DNA of 64,000 nt, taken from Octopus vulgaris. Taxonomy: Eukaryota. The first letter of the stretch is position 1. Every line of letters starts with the position of its first letter. Shown here piece by piece: positions 53,292-64,000 of the stretch. The stretch lies in NCBI GenBank assembly GCA_951406725.2, contig OX597818.1:127720001-127784000 (forward strand), read 5' to 3'. Below the pieces are notes generated by a model. That model was not told the DNA's origin. It made no database searches and was given only the letters and a program-made list of their open reading frames with translations. The translations under genes were made by a program, and so were the position numbers.

Positions 53292-54280
53292 TGAGGGGGT
53301 GCTGAAAAGTTCTTTGGTAAAAGAAAATACAGGAGGATCAATTAATTATGATTTTATTCAACACTAGCAGCATAGCCCAGCATTGCCCGGGTATGTAAGA
53401 AACTTTGTCGATAAGCAATGCCCTTTACCCTTTTACCCTTTTTTGTACTTATTGAACCATTATTTTGTAAAATGAAGCCTAAAAGGCATTAAGGCATTCG
53501 AGGCACCGTTCCCTTGCATGCATGAAGAAGTAGGGAAAATCTATGTGAACTTTCAAAAAAAATCACAGAAAAATCGGTTTGCCATGTGTGCCACATATGA
53601 TGTAATTAACCGATTTTTTCCAGTAATAACGTATCCTATTGGAATCAAAAGGGCCATATAGCTCCTTGGAGCAGACATGATGCTCGCTGTGAATTTCAAA
53701 AAAAATTCCTGCCAATTTGTTTAAGATATTGTCAAAAATATGTCATCTTGAATTTGAACGCGATTTCACAAAATGGCATGATTTTATTGATTTTTTCTGA
53801 TGGTAAAGTATTGCATGGAAAACTAACGTCAGAATTAAGTTCCTTAGAGTAACATTAAGCTTCACCATGAGTTTGGTGAAAATCGATTGCAAGTTGTGAA
53901 AACTACAACGGAAAATGTGTTGCATATGATAAGCTTAGATTTATCGAATTTATCGATTTTTTTCAGAACTGGGGGAACTTTTCAAAATTTTCGCTGCATT
54001 AGTTTTGAATTATAGCATTGGGCTATGTGTGTGTCAAGTTTCATCAGAATCGGTTGAAAGCCGTGGTCAGGGTGAGGGTACAACCTGACAGACACACAGA
54101 CAGACAAACTGCCTTTTTTATATATAGAGAGATATTCCCCTCTCAGATTCACACATTTATTGCAGCAGTCCTTCAGTTTTTCTAAGCCCTGCAAAAGAAC
54201 TAGGAAGGTTGGACTGCCAACCAGGCCTTCCACGATACCATTAAAGCCAGGAACTTTTCAGTGCTACCCCACCACCTCCA
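53292..54280. mobile_element. Mariner-type MITE split by the Helitron; uninterrupted relative at 62640-62842
   Basis: gggggtgctgaaaagttc / gaacttttcag..ccc inverted ends; internal sequence colinear with the 62.7-kb copy. Confidence 0.65.
53364..54132 (-). mobile_element. Non-autonomous Helitron (internally deleted copy)
   Basis: 5'-TC, subterminal GC hairpin, CTAG-3'; inserted between A and T without TSD (empty site seen at 62700/62701). Confidence 0.9.
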
Positions 54281-54631
54281 TATATGCATATATACACACA
54301 CAGCCTACCAAAGGAATTATAAACAGTTTTTACAGGATCAAAATGGAATGAGACTAAACTGAGACAAAATTGAAATTCTTCCATTTGCCAGACCAATGTA
54401 TTCTCTCAGATGATTATAATCCAAAATTTATCTTCAAGCAAATAAATATATATATTCTTGAGTAGATTTAATTAATTTCCTACCATTTTAAAAACGAAGC
54501 CACACATGATACATATGTAATAGGCTTCATAAATATTTGCTGTCCCTGTGCCACACATATTCAAGTAAGGCTAATTATAATATTGGAACAAGAATAAAAT
54601 TATGTAAAACTTTAAAAAAGATAAAACTCAC

Positions 54632-54724
54632 AGATTGGTTATGAATCCTGATGTCCTGCACAAGGACTGAAGGACGGGATCTGTGGGCATAAAGCTGTGA
54701 TCCAACAGATACACATTCGCTTTC
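54632..54724 (-). CDS. KIAA2013: KIAA2013 exon (ESECVSVGSQLYAHRSRPSVLVQDIRIHNQS)
   Basis: aAG/GTgagt, 93 nt, phase 0/0; AHRxRPxxLVQxI motif. Confidence 0.9.
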
Positions 54725-56549
54725 CTTTGAACAGACAAAAACATATAATTTTAGAGTAGTAAAAATTATGTAACACACAATATATGAATTAATGACATTT
54801 TAAACAATGACAACAATCAAATTGTATTGTAAAGGAATCAGATTTCAATATAAAGGAGTTGAAATCTAAGTTAAAATACAGAGAACAAACCATACCTGGA
54901 ATGTTAGAATTCATGTCCCCGAGTGGCTGTGTGGTAAGTAGCTTGTTTACCAACCACATGGTTCTGGGTTCAGTCCCACTGCATGGCACCTTGGGCAAGT
55001 GTCTTCTATTATAGCCTCGGGCCGACCAAAACCTTGTGAATGGATTTGGTAGATAGAAACTGAAAGAAGCCCGTCGTATGTATATATATATATATGCGTG
55101 TTCGTGTGTCTGTGTTTGTGCCCCTAGCATTGCTTGACAACCGATGCTGGTGTGTTTATGTCCCCGTTACTTAGCGGTTCGGCAAAAGAGACCGATAGAA
55201 TAAGTACTGGGCTTACAAAAGAATAAGTCCCGGGGTCGAGTTGCTCGATTAAAGGCAGTGCTCCAGCATGGCCGCAGTCAAATGACTGAAACTAATAAAA
55301 GAGTAAATGCATAAAAACTTATATTTGCAAATTGATTTTTACAGACACAGACCGCCATCATCATCTTCAGATTCTGGAGTGTTCCCATAATTACCCTTTC
55401 ACAACAGGATGGTTGCTTGTAACATTTGGCACCCCTCACTTGCAATGCTTTTACATTCTAACTATAAAACCTGTTTTGCCTACAACTATATGTTGGTTGT
55501 GAAGTCAGATATTTCTATTTCCAACATTAATAGTGAGAATAAATTTATTCCCAAAGCACAATGGAGTGAAAACTTTTTTTAATATTTCTCTTCGACATTT
55601 ATATTTTTTAATTTTTTTTCTAACTGAAATTCTCCAAATGATAAACATCAAAAACAAATGGTTTATTTGTTTCTGCAATCATCATTCTTACACCATACAA
55701 GTCTCACTTGATGATTTGTTTTTGGGTTTAGTTTTTATAGTAAGATGTCTTTCCTAATACCAACCTATTTCTTTATTACCCACAAGGGGCTAAACATAGA
55801 GGGGACAAACAAGAACAGACATAGGTATTAAGTCGATTACATCGACCCCCCAGTGCCTAACTGGTGCTTAATTTATCGACCCCGAAAGGATGAAAGGCAA
55901 AGTCGACCTCGGCGGAATTTGAACTCACAACGTAACGGCAGACAAAATACCGCTAAGCATTTCGCCTGGTATGCTAACGTTTCTGCCAGCTCACCGCCTA
56001 ATACCAACCTGTTAGAGAGCACCAGGTGCATTTGATCATGGTTACCAACCACAAAGAGGTTGTCTTATTCTTGAGAACACTACTAAAGTTCCTCCTAAAC
56101 CCACATTGTCATTGTCCTTGCCCATTTGCCAATCATTTCATATAGTGTAGTGGGGCATTTTATCATAGCATGGCACCAGCACTAATTATGCTGCCTTTCA
56201 GTCCTGAAAGACAACAGAGTCCTAATTACTCTTATGACATACTCCTTCACTTAATGTGACATGACTAAGAGAGTAAATAGCAGATAGGATAAGGAAATAA
56301 AGTGAACTATAGTATGGTGATAGAAATAAAGTGATTAGAATGAGACAGTAGTCAAATCTGAAGTGAGATGGGTTTTGCCAAACTGAAATAGAAGACTCAG
56401 TGTGTCACAACAGTGTCCAGACAATTCCATCAGGAGTGGAAGGCTCAAGATACAAAGAGCAAAGGCCACAATAGGATCAATAGAGAGGAGAGGAAAGAGA
56501 TATAGTAAAGAAACAATTAATAAGGGAAAAAAAGACATAATGAACATAC

Positions 56550-56608
56550 CTTCTTGAATGATTGAATCTGGTAAGCCAGGCCAGCTTTGATGTCAAGCAC
56601 ATGGGCTT
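56550..56608 (-). CDS. KIAA2013: KIAA2013 exon (EAHVLDIKAGLAYQIQSFKK)
   Basis: cAG/GTatgt, 59 nt, phase 1/0, which exactly bridges the flanking exons. Confidence 0.85.
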
Positions 56609-58092
56609 CTGTCCAAGTGGGAAAGAGAAAAAAAGAGACATGACAAAATAGATTGTTAATGGCATAATGATCCTTTTAGGAAGTTAACAGAAAGCATCAT
56701 CATCATCATCATCGTTTAACGTCCGCTTTCCATGCTAGCATGGGTTGGACGGTTCGACCGGGGATCTGGGAAGCCAGAAGGCTGCACCAGGCTCCGGTCT
56801 TATCTGGCAATGTTTCTACAGCTGGATGCCCTTCCTAACGCCAACCACTCCGTGAGTGTAGTGGGTGCTTTTTACGTGCCGCCTGCACTGGTGCCAGGCG
56901 AGGCTGGCATCGGCCACGGTCGGATTGGTGCATTGTTTCTAAGTAAAAGGAAATGTCTTGCCCAACTCTTGGTCATCTCTGAAGCATCAGCAATGCATGA
57001 AAAATATCAATGTCTATGGTAAGAGATTTGAAACAATTCAAAGATTTAGCTACCTAGCATGGCTTTCACTAAACCTCTAAAGTAGGGGCTAATGCAAGAA
57101 ATGAGGATGAGTGATGCCTATAGGTGGGAAGTTTTCAGAGGAGATTTGCATGCCAGATATGACCAAAAGTTTTCTGATGTGGTAAGCAACAACACTGCTT
57201 TTACCAAACCTCTAAAACAGAGCCCAGTGGTGAGTGACATAAGAGAGTAGATCGTCAAAGGAACTAGTTCTTCAGAAGCCACAATTATGGCCACTGAAGA
57301 AAGCGAAATAGTGACACTAGGTACTGGAGAACAGCAGGGGGTGGTGGCGACCCCTGTTGTACTCTTTCGCCTCAACTTTCTCTTACTTCCTGTTTCTGTT
57401 GTACCTGTATTTCAAGGGGCCAGCCTTGTCACTCTCTGTGTCACGCTGAATATCCCCGAGAACTACGTTAAGGGTGCACGTGTCTGTGGAGTGCTCAGCC
57501 ACTTACACGTTAATTTCACGAGCAGGCTGTTCCGTTGATTTGGATCAACCGGAACCCTCGTCGTCGTAACCGACGGAGTGCTTCCATCCATCCACTTTAT
57601 CTTAACACTTTAGCATCCAAACCGGCCTTTTCCAGCCAAAATATTTAACCTGTTTTATGTTATAAATGGCCAGATCCAGCTTCTCACCTCAATCCTACAA
57701 TGCCATTCTAAAACTAAATCATATTGTTGAAATCTCAAAGCTATGAGATAATGCAGGATTAATTCAAAACAATAGAAATAAACAAACATTATATTTGACA
57801 GAGTAATCTGAATACTAGAGTTAAAGATGTTAAAGGTGACGGCAATAGGATAATAGTTTGCTGGGTCAGAGGGGATTTCTTTCTTTGGAATGGGACAGTT
57901 TTGGGAGTGGGTGGGATTCTGTAGGCATTGTTGGTAATGTTAATTGTGGTGACAAAGGCAATGGTTGTGATTCAAACCGTAACTAGTATGAAAAACTAGA
58001 AACTAGAGAATGGGAACTGAAATTTTTAAAAAAGGGATGAGTTAAAAGAAATTAAATTCACAAAACATATATATATATATATATTCATTTAC

Positions 58093-58221
58093 CTTTTGAT
58101 TCATGTCCCCTGATATTGGTTTCTACTATTGGGTAGAAATGAACAGGTAATGATAAAGCTCTGTTTGTACGAATATATAACCCCTTTTGGGTTTTAAATG
58201 CTGCTGCTACCTTGCCATTAC
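58093..58221 (-). CDS. KIAA2013: KIAA2013/DUF2152 homologue, first exon visible in window (GNGKVAAAF...RGHESK); upstream exon(s) not found in window
   Basis: ttcttctAG acceptor, GTaaat donor, 129 nt, phase 1/1, open frame continuous with next exon. Confidence 0.88.
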
Positions 58222-59302
58222 CTAGAAGAAAGAGAAATATGACAATCATCATTATCATCAAAATCACCATAGTCTACGATTCAATGTAAATTTTCCTAAG
58301 CTGTCATAAGACTGAATAAAAAATATATATAAACACCTCCTAAAATGAGAGACTTTTAAGGATTAGTGCTTAGCTCTAATTCCATGGTTAAGCAGATGAG
58401 ATTATTCACACAAACACTCTCCACCTCCTACTAAGACAAGACACTGGTCTATCACAGGTAGCATTCCCACATGATCAGGATACCTGCACCTGACAGCTAG
58501 GTAAACTGAGACAATAGAGAATAAACTAATATACCTAAAAATACAATTAAATGCCTCCAGTAGAATTGAATACATGACTGAGAAGCAAGCAGATAGTCGA
58601 ATATTCTATTAAATGGAAGATAGAATGTACCACATCAAGGTACAGACGTGGCTGTGTGACAACAGAAAGTTAGTTTCATAACCACATGGCTTCAGGATCT
58701 ATCCTACCTACTGCATGGGTCTATACACAAAATCACATGGCTACAAAGAGAGCTTTGTAATCACAAAGCTATGTCCGTGCTTGTTCGGTAAATCATTGCG
58801 TAAATAGAAACATAATTTTCCAATAGGTCAAAGAAGTTTTTTGTCGTGATGTATAAACTAAATCTGATAAATTCAGTTCATCATGAAAGCAGTTTCATAC
58901 ATTAAAATACAAGACATCATGTCAACAGCAAGAATACTATTGTCTCTCAGTCATTAAAACATCAAAGTATGCCATGCTGGCACTGGTACATACTATCAGC
59001 ATTGATTAGTTCACTTATTAGCTAAATCAAATACCCAGATCAGATGGCATTTATCATTTCTTCAAACAGACCAGATAGAGAACAAGCAAACTGGTGTATG
59101 CTGGTTCATACAGACAGACAGCTTAGCAGACAGAAGTAAATAAACAGATAGATATATGCAAAATGACATACAGACAGACTGATATTCAGACACACAGCCA
59201 TATCCCTGTAAACAAACAGACAGAAAGATAATTTTAATTTGCCAACGTATCCAACCCAGTTTTGATATATGTGCAACAACAATTGTTGTAGAAATCAATA
59301 CC

Positions 59303-60330
59303 TCTATATATATAAAAGGCAGTTTGTCTGTCGGTGTATCTGTCAGGTTGTACCCTCACCCTCACCATGGCTTTCAACCGATTCTGATGAAACTTGACAC
59401 ACACATAGCCCAATGTCATAATTCAAAACTAAGCCAGCAAAAATTTTGAAACGTTCCCCCAGTTCTGAAAAAAATCGATAAATTCGACATGGGGTCGAGA
59501 ATCTAAGCTTATCATATGCAACACATTTTCCGCTGTAGTATTCGCAACTTGCAATCAATTTTCACCAAACTCATGGTGAAGCTTAATGTTACCCTAAAGA
59601 ACTTAATTCTGACGTTAGTTTTCCATGCAATACTTTACCATCAGAAAAAAATCAATAAAATCATGCCATTTTGGGAAATCGCGTTCAAATTCAAGATGAC
59701 ATATTTTCGACAATATCTTTAACAAATTGGCAGGAATTTTTTTTTAAATTCACAGCGAGCATCATGTCTGCTCCAAGGAGCTATATGGTCCATTTGATTC
59801 CAATAGGATACATTATTACTGGAAAAAATCGGTTAATTACATCATATGTGGCACACATAGCAGACCGATTTTTCTGCGATATTTTTTGAAAATTCAAATA
59901 GACTTTCACTACACCAATGTTGGACATCAAGTTTGCATTAAATGTCAAACTAACGACCTTTTGTCAATGCAGTTAACAAGTATTGGGAGAAATCGACAAA
60001 ACCATATCACTTTGAGACCGACCATGTGAACACTACAAAACTGACTTTTGTTAAATAGTTGGCGGATTTCAGGCGATTTAGTCGATTTTTGACGCTTTTA
60101 TCATAAAGGTTACTAGAAATGGCATATGTTTTCCTTTTGCTTCTAATCTGAGCAATGTTGGTCTGTAGTCATGCATGCAAGGGAACGGTGCCTTGAATGC
60201 CTTAATGCCTTTTAGGCTTCATTTTACAAAATAACGGTTCAATGAGTACAAAAAAGGGTAAAAAGGTAAAGGGCATTGCTTATCGACTAAGTTTCTTACA
60301 TACCCATGCAACGCCGGGCTATGCAGCTAG
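59303..60330 (+). mobile_element. Non-autonomous Helitron, longer copy of the same family
   Basis: TCTATATATATAAAA start; cccatgcaacgccggg hairpin then CTAG followed by T. Confidence 0.88.
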
Positions 60331-60485
60331 TTTTATATAATACAAAATACATTGATTTCTACATTTATTGCAATTTATAAAATTATATACTTTGTATTAA
60401 TTTTTACATGCTAGCTACTTGATAAAATCCTATATAGATTTTATCCTTGATTTTAATTTATATAGATATAGGTAAGTATTTCTAT

Positions 60486-60530
<45 letters not shown>

Positions 60531-60537
<7 letters not shown>

Positions 60538-60867
60538 GAAACAATGAACAAGCACAAAATATGGTATCACTTTAGAGTATGTAATTTATCATCCTAACAT
60601 AATTGCAGAGTAGTTAGAATAAACAAAGGATTAAGAAATAATGCATAAAGTCTCTTACAGCTGTTTCTAGAACCAATGTGCATATATGGTGCATAGGTCA
60701 TTGAGCAAAGGTTTCCATATAATCCAACTATTCCATCTTCAGAGATGGAATATGCAGTATTTCTTAATCCCTTATTCACTTTAACTACTCTGCAATTCTA
60801 TTTGAATTAATAATTATAAGTTCTAAAGTGATACCACATGTTTTGCTTGTTCATTCTTTCTTTCTAA
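60531..60867. mobile_element. (TA)n-anchored foldback element with long imperfect inverted arms enclosing a hammerhead motif
   Basis: ttagaaagaaacaatgaacaagc...tggtatcactttaga pairs with tctaaagtgatacca...gcttgttcattctttctttctaa. Confidence 0.8.
60653..60745 (-). ncRNA. Type I hammerhead ribozyme motif with palindromic stem III
   Basis: UCU-CUGAAGA-UGG[62-nt loop]CUA-GAAA-CAGCUG-UA-AGA; intact core, GUA cleavage triplet. Confidence 0.65.
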
Positions 60868-60872
60868 GATAT

Positions 60873-61204
60873 TGAGACCCCCTTCGGTCATGAATGACCA
60901 TGGGATTGCACCTAGAAAGTTACCCTCCTAGACACAAGTCCGGGCAAGGTTGTTTATGGAAGACCAGCAGTCGCCCATGCACACCGGCCTCCCCTCTCCA
61001 CGCCACCAGTGTTATCCAAGGGAAAGACAAAGGTCGATACAGCTTGGCACCAGTGACGTCGCAACTCATTTCTACAGCTGAGTGAACTGGAGCAACGTGA
61101 AATAAAGTGTCTTGCTCAAGAACACAACACGCAGCCCGGTCCGGGATTCGAGCTCACAACCTCACGATCGTAAGCTCGACGCTCTAACCACTGAGCCATG
61201 CGCC
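60873..61204 (-). mobile_element. tRNA-headed SINE family D (V-SINE-like core) with 11-bp TSD; older copies 21463-21745, 32150-32460, 41190-41385
   Basis: Head gaaggcgcatggctcagtggttagagcg; core tgtgttcttgagcaagacactt...cactcagctgtagaaatgag; TSD ttctaagatat. Confidence 0.82.
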
Positions 61205-61293
61205 TTCTAAGATATATATATATACATATATATATACACACACACATGTATACACATGTCTATATATACACACACAGATGTATATACATGCAA

Positions 61294-61324
<31 letters not shown>

Positions 61325-61782
61325 TCTATTATATCTATATATTTATATTAAACACATAAGAGATGGCCATAACAGGACATCTGACCTGCTTTCTCACTAG
61401 ACCACTGGTAGTAAAAAAATTTTCTAAATTTTTTTTGCTACCCTGGAATTTATTAATATATATTTATATATATGTATATATATTCATTAGCATTTTACAT
61501 CCACTTTCCATGGTGGCATGAGATAGCACGGCTCATGTCAATGGTTATTTGACATTGTTGACCTGTACCCACCTAGACAGGTTGGCAGGTCATGTTTAAC
61601 CTGTGTATTTCAGTTTCAGTTTGGTTTCTATGGCTGGATGCCCTTCCTTACACGAACCACTTTACTGAGTACATTAGGTGCTTTTTATGTGACACTGGCA
61701 CTAACAAAGTCACCAAGTTACTTGCAAGACAAGACCTGTTGACTGAAGGTGGAGGAGTAGGTGGCTTGCTGTAGGAGATATA

Positions 61783-62360
61783 TCTATATATATAAAACTC
61801 AACTTGTGTGTCTGTGTGTTTAACTTCCCGGCACATCTCTTCCTAGCCAACAAATCGAAGAACCACCAAAAATGGGTCACTTAAAGTTTAGGCGAGTGAA
61901 AATTGAACTGTGCTATTTCTGTTCCGAAATTCATCTCGCAAGTGCAAAAATTGATGATGTGTTTGTTTAGGCCTTATCCCATGCATTGAATAGTGAACTT
62001 TACTCAGTCAGCTGTTTGAATTGAACTGTGTTCACCACATGTGCATGCATAAATTGCATGAAAAATAAAAAATCAAGATATAAAAACGAATCACCATAAA
62101 CATTGTAGAAATTCGGCAAAGAAATGAATTTTCGGGATGTAACCTGGAGGGTTTTTTCGTATTAATTGTTTGGACTTTGTGAACACATACCAATTATTTT
62201 CATAACATTTTTAACGCTTTGAATTAAATGTGACCATTTTGCGTTTTGAATTGCTTTAACCAAATTTTAGCAGGCCGGATTTTTGATCATCACGATACAT
62301 CGCCAGCGACTCCCTGAAACTCACCCCTGAAATCCCCGTTGAGCCGGGCAATACTGCTAG
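61783..62360 (+). mobile_element. Non-autonomous Helitron, second family
   Basis: A|TCTATATATATAAAA...cccgttgagccggg...CTAG|T. Confidence 0.82.
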
Positions 62361-64000
62361 TATATATATATAGCCATCCTAGTTGGATAAGAGAGAGAGG
62401 AGATGGTGGTGAAGATGCATCAAGGTATACCCTCAGGTATGTCTGCAAGAGTGTGTAAACCGAGTGGCAGGTGGATAGAAATGAAGACAAAAAAATTATT
62501 TAACCTTTTGGTATTTAATCCATCCATATCCAACCCAAATATTCTACCTGTTTTATGTCAAAATGACCAGATCCAACCTCTCACACCTACCCTACAATAT
62601 CATTCTGAAAATATACAAACACACCGTTTTGAAGCTAGAGTGGGGTGCTTTGGGTAATACAAAATACAGGAGGATCAATTAATTGTGATTTTATTCAACA
62701 TATTCCCCTCTCAGATCCACACACTTATTGCAGTGGCCCTTCAGTTTTTCTAAGCTCTGTGAAAGAACTCAAAAGGTTGGGCCTCCAACCAGGCTTTTCA
62801 GGATACCCTGAAAGCCAGGATCTTTTCAGCACCCACTCATACAAAATGTGATTAATTCAAAACAATGGGAATAAATAAACCTGAATGCTAAATAAAATAA
62901 ATTAAAGTGGTTTGTTGTTTAGTCCAAGTCAAACTGACCTGTGTTCAAATGAATTCCAACCATGACCATCCTGCCATTTTCTGGAGGAGAATAGTCTATC
63001 TAAAACTACAATATCCACTGTGTCTTTCCACTTTTTTTTTGAGGGGGGGGATGATAAGGTGCAATTTTAGGGAGACTTGTCTAACTAGTGGCTAAACAAT
63101 AATACCACTGACCTGAGTCAATGACAAAATTTATACATGATCCCCCAGTTTACCCCACCCAAAAAAAAAATTATCATCATCAGTTTAACATCTATTTTTC
63201 CATACCTGCATGAGCTGGACAGAATTTTATCGAGGTGAATTTTCCATGGCCAGGTGCTCTTCCTATTGCCAACCCTCTCCTGTTTCCAAGCAAGGTAATA
63301 TTCCCCTATGACCCTTTGACCAGACATCATGTGATGTCAAAGCAAAGAGACACTAACATTCACAAGACACTGGTCGACCTGGGGTTATAGTAGAAGACAC
63401 TTGCACAAGGTGCTACAGTGGGACTGAACCCGGAAACTTATGGTTGGGAAGCAAGCTTTTCACCACACAGCCACCAAATCACAATTTTCTGCCTTATAGC
63501 AGAGAAGAAACACTGGATAATATAATCATAGCTAAGTGCCTGATACAAAGACAAAATGGCTGATCATAAGGTTCTCAAACAGGGATAACCTGAGACTAAA
63601 CAATATTTCACTTTTATCATCAGCATTTACGTCTGTTTTTCTATGCTGGCATGGGTTGAACGGTTTGACAGAAGCTGACCAGGTGAAGGCCATTCAGGTT
63701 CCATGCCTGTTTCGGCATGGTTTTCCATGGCTGGATGCCCTTCTTAATGCCAACCATTTTACAGTGTTTACTAGGTGCTTTTACGCAGCACCAGTATGTG
63801 GTACCAACACTTACAAACTTATGAGATTAGGGGTGCTCAGCTGGAGAGGATTGCAAGGGTCCAAAAAATACAACTTTGATCATCATCATTATTTTTAACA
63901 CCCCATTTCCATGTTCACATGCATCAGATAGTATTTGTCAAGGCAGATTTTCTATAACCAGATTCCATTCCTGTCACCTAACACTCACCTGTTTCCAAGT

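Noticed and set aside
58222-64000. Search for the missing N-terminal KIAA2013 exon(s)
   Set aside because: No convincing phase-1 donor with an open frame found by eye; the region is mostly repeats, so the 5' end probably lies beyond the window.

Overview
Eukaryotic, AT-rich, repeat-dense DNA. The SINE families look, from recall, like those of a coleoid cephalopod, most likely Octopus. Almost all ORFs in the supplied track are microsatellite or repeat artefacts. One real gene is well supported: a minus-strand KIAA2013 (DUF2152) homologue. I reconstructed 12 phase-compatible GT-AG coding exons (58221 to 29030, about 516 codons); its 5' end lies beyond the window. A weaker candidate first coding exon of a second minus-strand gene sits at about 4.1 kb. 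The rest is mobile DNA: four tRNA-headed SINE families and an (ATG)n-tailed retroposon, Tx1/L1, CR1, RTE and Penelope fragments, non-autonomous Helitrons, Tc1 and Merlin transposase relics, and piggyBac- and mariner-type MITEs. The most unusual signal is a set of at least six type I hammerhead-ribozyme-like motifs in unrelated short elements. One caps a ~335-nt rod-like foldback and one is fused to a tRNA-like Pol III head. Also notable are two long near-perfect intronic hairpins, two local templated insertions, and GH65-like motifs in KIAA2013 that appear to lack most of the catalytic barrel. All calls were made by eye and no searches were run.
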